Assembly: GCA_965552135.1 (NCBI GenBank)
Contig: CBEVQY010000002.1
Coordinates: forward strand, 32,001-96,000
Length of the DNA: 64,000 bases
DNA from: an uncultured bacterium
GTDB taxonomy: Bacteria; UBP14; UBA6098; B30-G16
Reading direction: 5' to 3'
Shown here: positions 1 through 9,900 of the stretch, piece by piece
Position numbering within the stretch: the stretch's first letter is position 1
How the letters are laid out: each line of letters begins with the position of its first letter
The notes under the pieces: model-generated
The model's database searches: none
What the model saw: only the letters and a program-made list of their open reading frames with translations
What the model was told of the DNA's origin: nothing
Made by a program: the position numbers and the translations under genes

Positions 1-2
1 CG

Positions 3-980
3 CGGTACTGGGTCGACCGCTTCGGTCTCCCCGGTGCGCTGCACCAGTGGGGTCAGTGGAGCAAGGCGACGGTGGAGGCTTCCTCCGAGCGCGTCTGCGA
101 GCTTCTGGGCGCCGCCGGAGGCAAATGCGCCTTCGCAATGGGACCTATCCTGCCGCAGGCTCGCGGCGTCGTCCTCGTCTCACCCATCGAGTGGGGCGCG
201 GTGCGCGACGCCCTGGGGTCCTCCGGCGCCGCCGTCGAGGTCTTCCCGATGTCGGGCTGGACGTACGACCTCGCCTGGGTTGAAAAGAGGCTGCAGCGGG
301 GGGACATCGGTCTCGTCGTCGCCTCGGCTGCAGACAGAACCACCGGAACGATCCAGCCCGTAAGGGAGCTTTCGCAACTGTGCCGCAGCCACGGCGTGCC
401 GCTTTACTGCGACGTCTCTGCCCTTGTGGGCAGAATGCCCTTTTCGCTTGCCGAACTCGGCGCCGACTTCGCCTTCGTTGAGGGGAAGCTCTTCGGCGCG
501 CTCTGCGACGCCACCGTCGGCATCGAAGCCAGCATACACCTCCCCGCGCCCCTTGCCGCAAGCTTTGCCAAAGCCCTCGAAAGCGCCCTCGCCAACATAG
601 AGGAAAGATCATCCGACCTCGCCCGCCTCACCCAATACTTCTGGGAGCTTTTGGGACTCCATCTCCCCCACATCGTCCTTCTGGGCGGCGAAAGTCGCGT
701 GGCAGGCGTTCTGACGGTAGCCTTCGAGGACGTCGACCGGGGCGCCATAGCCCTCGCGCTCGATATGCAGGGCGTCGCCGTGTGGGCGGGAAAACCCTTC
801 GCCGAAACGATCCCTCAGCTCGAAGCTATGGGCGTGGAAAAAAGGCTTATAGACTCCGCCGTCCGATTCGCGCTGTGGCACACAAACACACAAGAGGAGA
901 TCGACTACGTCCTGAGGGTCCTCCCACCGCTTGTGGACAGAGTCCGATACGAGAAGGGCTCGCCAAAATTCAGGGGCTAA
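3..980 (+). CDS. Cysteine desulfurase (IscS/NifS, aminotransferase class V)-like protein; 5'-truncated by window edge, catalytically degenerate
   Basis: Frame is open from position 3 (FGLPGALHQWG resembles FGNPSSLH.G). It also has TGTIQPVRELSQLCRSHGVPLYCD and AVRFALWHTNTQEEIDY. The catalytic GSAC loop reads WAGKPF. Confidence 0.75.
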   Translation, partial: RYWVDRFGLPGALHQWGQWSKATVEASSERVCELLGAAGGKCAFAMGPILPQARGVVLVSPIEWGAVRDALGSSGAAVEVFPMSGWTYDLAWVEKRLQRGDIGLVVASAADRTTGTIQPVRELSQLCRSHGVPLYCDVSALVGRMPFSLAELGADFAFVEGKLFGALCDATVGIEASIHLPAPLAASFAKALESALANIEERSSDLARLTQYFWELLGLHLPHIVLLGGESRVAGVLTVAFEDVDRGAIALALDMQGVAVWAGKPFAETIPQLEAMGVEKRLIDSAVRFALWHTNTQEEIDYVLRVLPPLVDRVRYEKGSPKFRG

Positions 981-987
981 AAAACCC

Positions 988-1015
988 TTGACAAGCCGTC
1001 GGCGCGGTCTATTTT
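988..1015 (+). promoter_or_regulatory. Putative sigma70 promoter for the NifX/DUF5320/ATPase operon
   Basis: TTGACA (988-993), 16 bp spacer, TATTTT (1010-1015); AGGAGG RBS precedes ATG 1049. Confidence 0.6.
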
Positions 1016-1016
1016 A

Positions 1017-1036
1017 TTATGAGCATATGCCAATAA
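1017..1036. promoter_or_regulatory. Palindromic putative operator
   Basis: TTATGAGCATATGCCAATAA is an imperfect 20-bp palindrome with a perfect GCATATGC core, overlapping the expected transcription start. Confidence 0.55.
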
Positions 1037-1048
1037 CAGGAGGCGACG

Positions 1049-1429
1049 ATGATCGTAGCCTTTGCGGCGATGGGCAACGACCTTAATGCGCCGCTTGATC
1101 ATCGCTTCGGGCGGGCTCAGAACTTTGTGCTCGTCGAGCTGGATACCGGCCAGGTCGTTTCGGTTATATCTAACCCGAACGTAGCTGCTCCGGGTGGTGC
1201 AGGTGTTAGCACCGCGCAGATGCTTGTGAACAACGGCGTTGGGGCTGTGGTCGCAGGTGCATTCGGACCGAACGCGATAAATATCCTGCGCTCCGCTGGC
1301 GTCGCAACATATTCCTCGGCGGGATACTCCACCGTCGGGGAAGCCATAGACGCCCTGAGGACTGGCAAGCTCCCGCCTGCCATAACGCCCTCGGGCGGAA
1401 GAGGTTTTGGGCACGGAAGGAGATGGTAA
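1049..1429 (+). CDS. NifB/NifX family (Fe-Mo cofactor-binding domain, COG1433) protein
   Basis: HRFGRAQNFVLVE, NP...GGAG, VVAGAFGPNAINIL motifs; Gly/Arg-rich tail. Confidence 0.9.
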   Translation: MIVAFAAMGNDLNAPLDHRFGRAQNFVLVELDTGQVVSVISNPNVAAPGGAGVSTAQMLVNNGVGAVVAGAFGPNAINILRSAGVATYSSAGYSTVGEAIDALRTGKLPPAITPSGGRGFGHGRRW

Positions 1430-1444
1430 AAAAGGAGGTGAAAG

Positions 1445-1792
1445 ATGCCGGCAGGAGATAGAACAGGACCCTGGGGTCTTGGACCGATGACGGGAAGGGG
1501 ATTTGGCTACTGCGCCGGATATCCCCATCCCGGCTACGTCGTTCCCGGCGGCGGAGGCAGGTGGCTTGGATTCGGCGGATGGGGCAGAGGCTGGCGCCAC
1601 AGATATTGGTACTACGCCACCGGTCTCCCCGGCTGGATAAGGTGGCGCTATTTTGCACCATATCCTGCCCCCTTTCAGCCTCCCGTTTCTCCCGAGCAGG
1701 AGAAGGAGGCGCTGAAGCAAGCCGCCGAAGACCTCCGCGCCGAGCTTGAGGAGATCGAGCGAAGAATAAAGGAGCTTGAGGAGAAGAAATAG
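1445..1792 (+). CDS. DUF5320 family protein
   Basis: [26 protein letters not shown]-terminus, [19 protein letters not shown]-terminal coiled coil; GGAGG RBS. Confidence 0.9.
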   Translation: MPAGDRTGPWGLGPMTGRGFGYCAGYPHPGYVVPGGGGRWLGFGGWGRGWRHRYWYYATGLPGWIRWRYFAPYPAPFQPPVSPEQEKEALKQAAEDLRAELEEIERRIKELEEKK

Positions 1793-1806
1793 CTCCTGCA
1801 CCCATG

Positions 1807-1838
1807 TGGGGCGGGTCGAGCTTCACCGACCCGCCCCA
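1807..1838. other. GC-rich intergenic hairpin (RNA stability element or minus-strand terminator)
   Basis: TGGGGCGGGTCG / CGACCCGCCCCA form a 12-bp perfect stem with an 8-nt loop, followed by an A-run. Confidence 0.6.
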
Positions 1839-1857
1839 AAACACAAGGAGAAGCGGG

Positions 1858-2214
1858 ATGAAGATAGCCTTTCCCGCCGAGGGCGAAGGTCTCGATGCCC
1901 TCATATCATCCCATATGGGCAGAGCGCCTAAGTTCGTCATCTACGACACGCAGACCGGTGAGGTCACATGCCTCAACAACTGCGGCGAGCACTTCGGCGG
2001 CGCCCTAAAGCCCGCAGAGCTTTTGGCTCAAAACGAAGTGGACGTCTTGGTCTGCCAAAGGCTTGGACCCAAGGCGGCGGCGATGCTTGCGGAGCTTGGC
2101 GTAAAGGTCTTTGTGGGCGCAGAGGGCAAGGTCGCAGACGCACTGGAGTCTTGGCACAAGGGGGAGCTTGCCCCACCGAGCGAGGAGAACATCTGCAGGG
2201 AGAGCTTTGGATGA
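1858..2214 (+). CDS. NifB/NifX family protein (second copy)
   Basis: MKIAFP...ISSHMGRAPKFVIYD...VDVLVCQRLGPKA. Start moved to ATG 1858, which follows an AAGGAG RBS. Confidence 0.88.
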   Translation: MKIAFPAEGEGLDALISSHMGRAPKFVIYDTQTGEVTCLNNCGEHFGGALKPAELLAQNEVDVLVCQRLGPKAAAMLAELGVKVFVGAEGKVADALESWHKGELAPPSEENICRESFG

Positions 2215-3044
2215 CGGTTGCCGTTGCCAGCGGCAAAGGCGGGACGGGAAAGACCACCGTCGCAGTCTCCCTCGCACTGGTCGCCGCGCCTGTGACGCTT
2301 GTCGACGCCGACGTCGAAGAACCAAACGCCAACATACTACTCAAAGCCGAACGACACACCGTAAAAAAAGCCCAGCTCCCATTCCCCAAGATCAACGCAA
2401 AAAAGTGCGACTTCTGCGAGAAGTGCTCGCAATTTTGCGCCTTCAACGCCATCGTCGTCCTCAGGGGGCTTAAGGTCTTCGTGGTTCCCGAGATGTGCAA
2501 AAGCTGCGGCGGCTGCGCCATAGTCTGCCCGCAGAAAGCGATAAGCGAAGAGCCGAGGGACATAGGCTACATCCGCCTCGGCAACAAAGACGGCGTGAGG
2601 CTTGTTGAGGGAGAGCTTTTGGTGGGGGAATCGTCCCCAACGCCGCTTATAAGGATGCTCCCCGCGTTTTTCGATGGTGGCGATGTGATAATAGACTGTC
2701 CGCCGGGCGCAGCGCACTCGATGGTGGAGGCTATACGACCCGCCGACATCGTGCTTCTGGTGACCGAGCCCACACCGTTCGGGCTCCACGACCTTGAAGA
2801 AGCCCTCGTTGCAGCCGATGCCCTCCGCAAACGGTGCGCCGTGGTCGTGAACAAAAGCGACATCGGCACAGACGAGGTAAAAAGGTTCGCGGAGCTTCGG
2901 GGAATCCCCGTCCTTATGGAGATACCCTACGACGACAAGATCGCGCGGTGGTACTCGCGCGGTCAAACGCCCGCTGAGGCATCATCTCGGTGGCGCGAAA
3001 GGTTCGCCGAACTCTGGCGCAAGCTCAAGGAGATGTCAGCGTGA
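2211..3044 (+). CDS. MinD/ParA-superfamily P-loop ATPase with inserted 2x[4Fe-4S] domain (COG1149)
   Basis: SGKGGTGKTT, DADVEEPN, CDFCEKCSQFC and CKSCGGCAIVCP, DCPPG, VTEPTPFGLHDL; ATGA overlap with the upstream gene. Confidence 0.92.
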   Translation: MTVAVASGKGGTGKTTVAVSLALVAAPVTLVDADVEEPNANILLKAERHTVKKAQLPFPKINAKKCDFCEKCSQFCAFNAIVVLRGLKVFVVPEMCKSCGGCAIVCPQKAISEEPRDIGYIRLGNKDGVRLVEGELLVGESSPTPLIRMLPAFFDGGDVIIDCPPGAAHSMVEAIRPADIVLLVTEPTPFGLHDLEEALVAADALRKRCAVVVNKSDIGTDEVKRFAELRGIPVLMEIPYDDKIARWYSRGQTPAEASSRWRERFAELWRKLKEMSA

Positions 3045-3910
3045 AGCAGGTTGCCGTTGTAAGCGGCAAGGGCGGAACGGGCAAGACGACGGTTGTTGCC
3101 GCACTGGCGCGGCTTGTGCCGAACAAGGTCCTCGTCGATGCCGACGTGGACGCGGCAAACCTGGCGATAGTCACCGCCGCGCAGCCGCTTGAGCAAAAAA
3201 CCTTCACCGAAGGCGCAGTCGCGCAAATCGATCAGAGCGCTTGCATACGCTGCGACCTGTGCAGAACATACTGCCGCTTCGGCGCAGTCGCCGTTGCCGA
3301 CAACCAATACGAAATAGACCCCCATGCCTGCGAAGGCTGTAAGGTCTGCCAGCTTGTGTGCCCAAAAGACGCCGTAAAGATGACCCCCACCCAGGCGGGC
3401 ACAGTCATAAAGTCGAAGACGCCCTTCGGCACGCTCTGGCACGGAAAGCTCTCCCCGGGGCGCGAAAACTCGGGCAAACTCGTCACCCACCTGCGCGAAC
3501 TCGCCATAGAGGAGGCGAACGCCTCGGGCGCAGACTTCGTGATAATCGACGGCGCGCCAGGGATAGGCTGCCAGGTCATAGCGTCGGTCACCGGCGTCGA
3601 CGCAGCCATCGTTGTGACCGAACCCACGCTCACCGCCCTCCACGACCTCCAGCGGATCGCAGGGCTCCTTGCTCACTTCCGAATCCCAGCCGTCGTCGCG
3701 ATAAACAAGTTCGACGTAAACGAAAGCCTCGCCGCAAGCATTGTGCGCTGGTGCAGTCAAAACGAGCTTTCCGTGGCGGTGAAAATCCCCCTCGACGTGA
3801 GGATAATCCACGCCCTGGCGGAGGGGAGGTCGCCCGTGGAGATAGGCGACCGGGCGCTTGTCGAAAAGTACGCCGCGATATGGAGGGCGGTGGAAGACCT
3901 CCTCTCGTAA
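3041..3910 (+). CDS. MinD/ParA-superfamily P-loop ATPase with 4Fe-4S domain (COG1149), second paralog
   Basis: GTG start in a GTGA overlap; SGKGGTGKTT, DADVDAANL, CIRCDLCRTYC, CEGCKVCQLVCP, ENSGKLV, DGAPGIGC. Confidence 0.92.
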   Translation: MKQVAVVSGKGGTGKTTVVAALARLVPNKVLVDADVDAANLAIVTAAQPLEQKTFTEGAVAQIDQSACIRCDLCRTYCRFGAVAVADNQYEIDPHACEGCKVCQLVCPKDAVKMTPTQAGTVIKSKTPFGTLWHGKLSPGRENSGKLVTHLRELAIEEANASGADFVIIDGAPGIGCQVIASVTGVDAAIVVTEPTLTALHDLQRIAGLLAHFRIPAVVAINKFDVNESLAASIVRWCSQNELSVAVKIPLDVRIIHALAEGRSPVEIGDRALVEKYAAIWRAVEDLLS

Positions 3911-3932
3911 ACTCTGCGCAGGAAAAATTCCT

Positions 3933-3960
3933 TTGACCAAAAGGGCGCCAGCCTTATACT
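3933..3960 (+). promoter_or_regulatory. Putative sigma70 promoter of the hybrid kinase
   Basis: TTGACC (3933-3938), 16 bp spacer, TATACT (3955-3960); 8 nt upstream of ATG 3969. Confidence 0.55.
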
Positions 3961-3968
3961 AATGCGCT

Positions 3969-5951
3969 ATGGGGGCAAACGGCGAACGAAGCTGGGATCT
4001 CCGCTCCCTGCTTTCGAGGGCGCGCGAAAGGCTTTTTGAACCGGGCGGGCAAGGCGAAATCGCAAAGCTTCTGGCTCGGCTCGAGGGACTTTTGAGCACG
4101 CTGCCCTACTCAATCCTGTACTTGACGGGCGACGGTGTGATATCCGCTCTCGAGCCCGGCGAGAGGGACCCTCTTGCGCTGCGCCCCAAAGACGCTTTCG
4201 GCAAAAGCGTTTTCGACGTTTTCCCGCGCAGCGTAGCCGAGGACCTCACAAACGCCGCAAGGCGCGCCATCGAGGAAAACCGCGTGGTCGAACGCGAGAT
4301 ACCCTGGCCCGTGATCGACGGCGGAACGAGGTTCATCAGGGCGCGGTTCGCACCCACAGACGAAGGCGAGGTCGTCGCCCTTCTGCAGGACCTGACCGAA
4401 TGGAGGCAAACGGAGCAAGCCCGCAGACAAACCGAAAAAATCTACAAGCTTATCTTCGACATCGCGCCCTTCGCGTTCATCCTCCACGACGGCGAAAGGA
4501 TCATATCGATGAACCGCAAGGCGCTAAGCCTTGCAGGATTTTCCTCGCCCGAGGATGCTTTCGGTCAGTCGATCTGGGACTGGGTGCCACCGGAGGGGGT
4601 GGAGGTCGTCAAAGAACGGCTTCGCAGGATGCTCGAAACCGGCGAACCCGCGCCGCCACTGGTGGAGCGACTCGTATCCCCCACGGGCAAAGAGGCTTTC
4701 GTCGAAATCGCCGCCGCACCCTTCGAAATGGACGGAAAAACCGCGATAATGGTCATCGCAAGGGATATAACCCAGCAGGTCGTCGCCGAGAGGGAGAAAA
4801 GAGCCTTAGAGCAAAAGCTTTTGCAGGTTCAAAAGCTTGAGGCGATAGGTCGTCTTGCAGGCGGCATCGCCCACGAGTTCAACAACCTCCTAAACGGCAT
4901 CATAGGCTACGCGGAGCTTGTGAAGGAGAGCCTTTCAGCCTCGCACCCGGCGTTCGAACACGTGGAGCAAATCCTAAAAACTGCCCTCGATGCCGCAAAG
5001 CTTACGCGGCAGATCCTAAGCTTTGCCCGCAGAGGTCCACTGCAGAAGGAGCCCTTCCTCGCAAACGACGCGGTGCGCGAGGTCGTGGAGATAATAAGCA
5101 AAACCGTTCCACGAAAGATTCAGATAAAGACCCAACTTTCGGATGAAGAGCCCGTCATCGCGGGCGACATCGCCCGAATCGAGCAGGTGCTTATGAACCT
5201 GTGCGTCAACGCCTGCGACGCCATGCCCGAGGGCGGAACACTCACCGTGAAAACCGAAACTGTGTGGATAGACGGCTCCGACCCCAAATACTCCGGTCTC
5301 AAGCCCGGGGAGTACGTAAAGCTCACGGTCTCCGACACAGGCGTCGGGATGGACGAGGAGACACTAAAGAGGGTTTTTGACCCGTTCTTCACCACCAAGG
5401 AGCCCGGCAAGGGCACGGGCTTGGGTCTTTCCATCGCGTACAACACCGTCCACGACCACGGCGGTGACATAAGGATCACAAGCGCCCCCGGCGCAGGAAC
5501 CACCGTGACGGTCCTGCTCCCCGCATCGAAGGAGCCCGTGCACAAGCCAAAGAAGGCGGAGAGGGGGGAGCATAGGCACGAGGGCTCCGGCACGATCCTC
5601 GTCGCCGACGACGAAGACGTCGTCCGAAGACTCCTTACGGAGCTTCTCCGGGGGCGTGGCTACAACGTGCTGCCCGCCGAAAACGGCGCCGAAGCGCTCG
5701 AAATTTTCGAAAAGCGAAAGGACGAGATAGACCTCGTGATACTCGACGTGATAATGCCCAAGATGGACGGCTTCGAGACGCTTCAGAAGATGCTTGCCCT
5801 CTCTCCGAACGCAAAAGTGATAATGCTTAGCGGCTACGCGCAGGAGGAGACCCTAAGGCGCTGCCTGCAGGTGGGCGCAAAAGACTTCATACAAAAACCC
5901 TTCAGAATAGATGAACTTTCGGAGAAGATCTGGGCGCTTTTGCGCAGCTGA
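3969..5951 (+). CDS. PAS-domain hybrid sensor histidine kinase/response regulator
   Basis: Two PAS-like regions, H-box GIAHEFNNLL, N-box NLCVNACDAM, DTGVGM, FDPFFTTK, GTGLGL, and a receiver domain (LVADDE, DVIMP, KPF). Confidence 0.95.
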   Translation: MGANGERSWDLRSLLSRARERLFEPGGQGEIAKLLARLEGLLSTLPYSILYLTGDGVISALEPGERDPLALRPKDAFGKSVFDVFPRSVAEDLTNAARRAIEENRVVEREIPWPVIDGGTRFIRARFAPTDEGEVVALLQDLTEWRQTEQARRQTEKIYKLIFDIAPFAFILHDGERIISMNRKALSLAGFSSPEDAFGQSIWDWVPPEGVEVVKERLRRMLETGEPAPPLVERLVSPTGKEAFVEIAAAPFEMDGKTAIMVIARDITQQVVAEREKRALEQKLLQVQKLEAIGRLAGGIAHEFNNLLNGIIGYAELVKESLSASHPAFEHVEQILKTALDAAKLTRQILSFARRGPLQKEPFLANDAVREVVEIISKTVPRKIQIKTQLSDEEPVIAGDIARIEQVLMNLCVNACDAMPEGGTLTVKTETVWIDGSDPKYSGLKPGEYVKLTVSDTGVGMDEETLKRVFDPFFTTKEPGKGTGLGLSIAYNTVHDHGGDIRITSAPGAGTTVTVLLPASKEPVHKPKKAERGEHRHEGSGTILVADDEDVVRRLLTELLRGRGYNVLPAENGAEALEIFEKRKDEIDLVILDVIMPKMDGFETLQKMLALSPNAKVIMLSGYAQEETLRRCLQVGAKDFIQKPFRIDELSEKIWALLRS

Positions 5952-6949
5952 TGCCCAAGACCAAGCACATAGTCGTCAACGTGCCCGAGGACGTGATCCC
6001 CTGCAGGATAGACGTCTACCTCGTCCAGCAGGGGATAGGTCTTTCGCGGAACCAGATCCAAAAGCTTATTCGCGAGAAGATGATCCGCGTTCTGGGCAAG
6101 GGCACAAAGCCCAACTTCATCCTCCGCGGCGGTGAGACGATTGAGATCAACATCCCCGAGCAAGAGCCATTCCGGCTACTGCCGGAGGACATCCCAATAG
6201 ACATCATCTACGAGGACGAGCACCTGCTTGTGGTCAACAAACCGCCCGGCATGGTCACTCACCCCGCCCGGGGCAACTGGAGCGGAACGCTCCTTAACGC
6301 CGTCCTGCACCACACGAAAAAGCTTTCGCCCATAGGAGGAGACTTCCGCCCCGGGATCGTCCACAGGCTCGATAAGGACACATCGGGTCTTCTCGTCGTC
6401 GCCAAGCACTCAGCCTCCCACCTCAGGCTTGCCGAGATGCTTTCCAGGCGGCAGATTCGGCGGGAGTATGTGGCGCTTTTGTGGGGTCATCTGCGCGAGG
6501 ACGAGGTAGAAGTCGATGCGCCCATCGGGCATCACCCCAAAAACCCCCTCAAGCGCGCCGTTGTGGAAAGCGGTCTTCCGGCGAAGACGACATTCAGGCG
6601 CATAGCCTCCTTCGACTTTCTCGACCTTGTTTCCGCACATCTCCACACGGGGCGAACGCACCAGATCCGCGTCCACGCAGGCCACATCGGGCACCACGTC
6701 TTCGGAGATCCCGAGTACGGCGGGCGCGAGGAACGCCTCGGCGGAATACAACCAGCCTACAGGCAAAAGGCAAGGGAGCTTCTTTCGCTTGCGCCGCGGC
6801 AGATGCTGCACGCCTGGAGGCTTGCCTTCGTCCACCCCATCACGGCAAAGCCAATGGAGTTTTGCGCGCCCCTGCCCGAAGACTTCGCCACCGTGCTGAA
6901 ACACCTCGCGGGAGAGGAATGGGAAAGGCTTTTGGAGAAGGCGGCTTAA
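5951..6949 (+). CDS. rluD: RluA-family 23S rRNA pseudouridine synthase (RluD-like)
   Basis: S4-like N-terminus, NKPPGMVTHP, HRLDKDTSG (catalytic Asp), GRTHQIRVH, RQMLHA. Confidence 0.9.
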   Translation: MPKTKHIVVNVPEDVIPCRIDVYLVQQGIGLSRNQIQKLIREKMIRVLGKGTKPNFILRGGETIEINIPEQEPFRLLPEDIPIDIIYEDEHLLVVNKPPGMVTHPARGNWSGTLLNAVLHHTKKLSPIGGDFRPGIVHRLDKDTSGLLVVAKHSASHLRLAEMLSRRQIRREYVALLWGHLREDEVEVDAPIGHHPKNPLKRAVVESGLPAKTTFRRIASFDFLDLVSAHLHTGRTHQIRVHAGHIGHHVFGDPEYGGREERLGGIQPAYRQKARELLSLAPRQMLHAWRLAFVHPITAKPMEFCAPLPEDFATVLKHLAGEEWERLLEKAA

Positions 6950-6968
6950 AGCAACGTCAGGTCCACCT

Positions 6969-9900
6969 TTACCGCACGACCAAAACCTCCTCGGTCGTGT
7001 GCGCGCCGTCTGCGGAAAGCGATATCACGTAGACTCCGCTTGGGCAGACTGCGCCCTGGGAATCGGTGCCGTCCCACACGAACGTGTGCACGCCGCACGA
7101 GGCTTCCCCCTCAAAAAGCCGCCGCACAAGCCTCCCGCCGACGTCGTAAACGCGGAGCAAGACGTATCCCACATCGTCGTCGAAGGCACAGCGCACAACG
7201 CAGACAGAGTTAAACGGGTTCGGGAAAACGCTGAGGGAAAGCGCAGGCTTGGCTCCGGAGCCTTCGCGCACGGATAGGATCTCGGATATCGGCTCGGGGA
7301 CGCCGTCGCCGTCGTTATCGACGACGAAGACCGCGGCGGTGTCGATGTTCGGCAAAAAGGCGGAGACGTTGTTCGGGGCAGAGTCGCCCCCAAGCTCGAT
7401 GTCGCTTGCTATGCTCGCAACAAGCGCTATGCGGGTGTTGGGAGGAACCATCCCCGGACCCAAGCCGTAAAGCTCATCCCAGCTTACCGCAAGCTCGCTG
7501 CACGGGTTGGGGGAGGTAAGATCAGTCTCGCACCAGAACTCGCCCAAAACGCGCTCCGAGCTTGTGGGCGAAAGGATGCGCCAGAAATCCCCCGTCCAGC
7601 CGCGGTACGAACCGTACTGATAGTCGCACTTAAAGCCGCTTTCGCTTGTGAAGTAAACGTTCCTGTCCCAGTTGTCTATGTTTCTCAGGTCCGAGCAGCC
7701 GTTGGTGCCGCCGTAGTCGGTGTCGAGGAAAAGGAGCCAGGCGTTGTCGTTGGGCTCGGCTTCGTGAATCCCGTGGATCGCAAAGTAAACGTAAAGCGAG
7801 TCCCAATACATATATATCCCCCAGATCTCGTTTAGCGCAGGGTCCCACTCGGAGTCGTCGTCGGGGTCGTCCACAACGTTGCACCACGACGCCCACTCGG
7901 TCGTGTCGAGGTAGCCGTCTATCGTTATCGATAGGTTCCCCGTAACGGTTATAGGCACTTGATCAGGTCCGTTTGAGAGCTGTCGGCAAGGGTTTCCGGC
8001 GGTGTCGCGCACGGCGCCTGCGGCAAGGGCAAGGATGAGGTTCTCGGGCGAAAGAGCCTCGACCAAAGAGGCTTTAAGCGGCGAAAGCTTTATCCTGAGC
8101 CTTGTGTGGTCGACGGCGTTCTGCACAACGCACGAGGGCGAAAGCCAAACCTCGACCGTGCCATCTGCGCCCTCGTCGAAGCCTATGCCCGAAAGGTTCA
8201 CAACCGAAACGTCCACGGGCTCGGTAAACGTTACGGTGAGGACGTCGGTGCCGGGGTTGTACATAGCCCTGTACGCGTCGGGCGGGAAGTTATCGCCGAG
8301 CGATGCCGCAAGGTCGTCGAAGGCGGCAACATACCCCTCGGGCGTCGCCGACTGCCAGCCGCAGTAAAGGTAAAAGCCAAACGTGCCCTTCCCTTTGATC
8401 TCATCGCCCTTAAGCAGCGTCGACGAAAGCTCGTGTGAATGCGATGCTCCACCGCCGCCGAGGATGAAGGCGCCCACAGCGTCGTTGTTCGCGTTGCGAA
8501 AGCCGCAGTACTGACCCAGCCGCCAGATCCGCTGAACGCTGGGACCCCAAAGCAGGCTCACAAGATCAGGCGTAAAGCCAGCCTTGATGTACGTCTCCTT
8601 GTCGCGGGTGAAGTACTCGCACCTGAGGTACGGCTCGCCGGGGTACACCGATATCCTCTTCCGCAGCTGGTCGTGCCTGAGGACGATAACGGCTGAGTCG
8701 GAACATGAGGCCAAAATCTCCCAGTCGTAGAAGGAGTGCTCGTAGTCCCACCCGCCAACGCTTACGTCGGAGAGGGCGGCTATGTGGTTGGCGTCGTTGT
8801 AGTCGCCCTCGGTGCCCTCCCAGTAGGTGTTGCAGTTGCCAACGATCGACGCGTTGTTCGCTCCGTCCTTCGCGAATATCCAAACCGCCCTCCCACCTAT
8901 CGACTCGAAGACGGCGAAAACCCTGTCGTTGTATATGACAAGCTCATCGTTTCCGTCGTGGTCGAGGTCGGCGAAGAAGGCGCCAACGGGCTGTGTGTAC
9001 TCTCCGGAAGCCCATCGAGCGCCCTCGGCGTAAACGTTGGCGTTTTTTATGTGCGTCGAGTACTTCATCTCCCAGCCCGAGATCGGTCCGCCCATGCCGT
9101 CGTGCCAGCCCGTCTCGAAAAGATTCGTCATAAGAACGTACCAACCCGCCTGAGAGATGTTGTTATCCGGCGCGGAGGAGAGATTCGTGTATGCATCGTA
9201 CCAGATGGTTCCGAAGTCCCACTGCGGGGAGTGGTTGTCGGAGGGCGATGGGTAGCCCGCCCAGTGGGTGTACCAGCCGTTGTTTCCGCCGCCGTAGCCG
9301 TCGGTCCCGCCTATCGAAACGTGTGAGCCCGGGGTGAAGGTCAGCGTGACGCCGTTGAAGTCGGGGTTCAGGACGGCATCTGTAAGCTTCCAGGTGTGCA
9401 GCCAGCTCGACTCCTCCCAGCACTTGTTCACAAACCAATCGTAGGTCTCCTTGGCGTTTGGCATTGTTGAAGCCCACTCACCTATCTCCGCCGCCATCTC
9501 CCAGTCGTCGGCGTAGACGACGATTCTGTAATCGCCCTCGGGGCTTGCGGCAAGCCCCTCGAGTATCGCCAGCGCGCCTGCGCCGTCGCCCGCGTGGAGC
9601 CTGCCGGTGAAGTCGTGGTCGCGCGGTATGAGCCGAAGGGACGTCCCGGAGATGAAGTGGATCTGGTGGTTGTCGTATCCCGCGCAGTGGACGTCGTCGT
9701 CGAGTATCACGGCGTCGATGTCGTTCGCCTCGAAGTTGTCGCCAAGCCAATCGCTTACGCCGGCGTTGGGATACCTGCCCCCGGGACCGTCCAAAAACGT
9801 GCGCTCCGGAACCCAGGCTACAGTCGCCCAGTAGCCGTAGTAAAAATGGGTCATCTGGCGATGTATGTAGACCGACCACGCGTTCATATCGTCGACGACG

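Noticed and set aside
1049..3910. Nitrogen fixation cluster
   Set aside because: Only NifX-like carrier domains and COG1149 ATPases are present; there is no nifH/D/K or radical SAM NifB.
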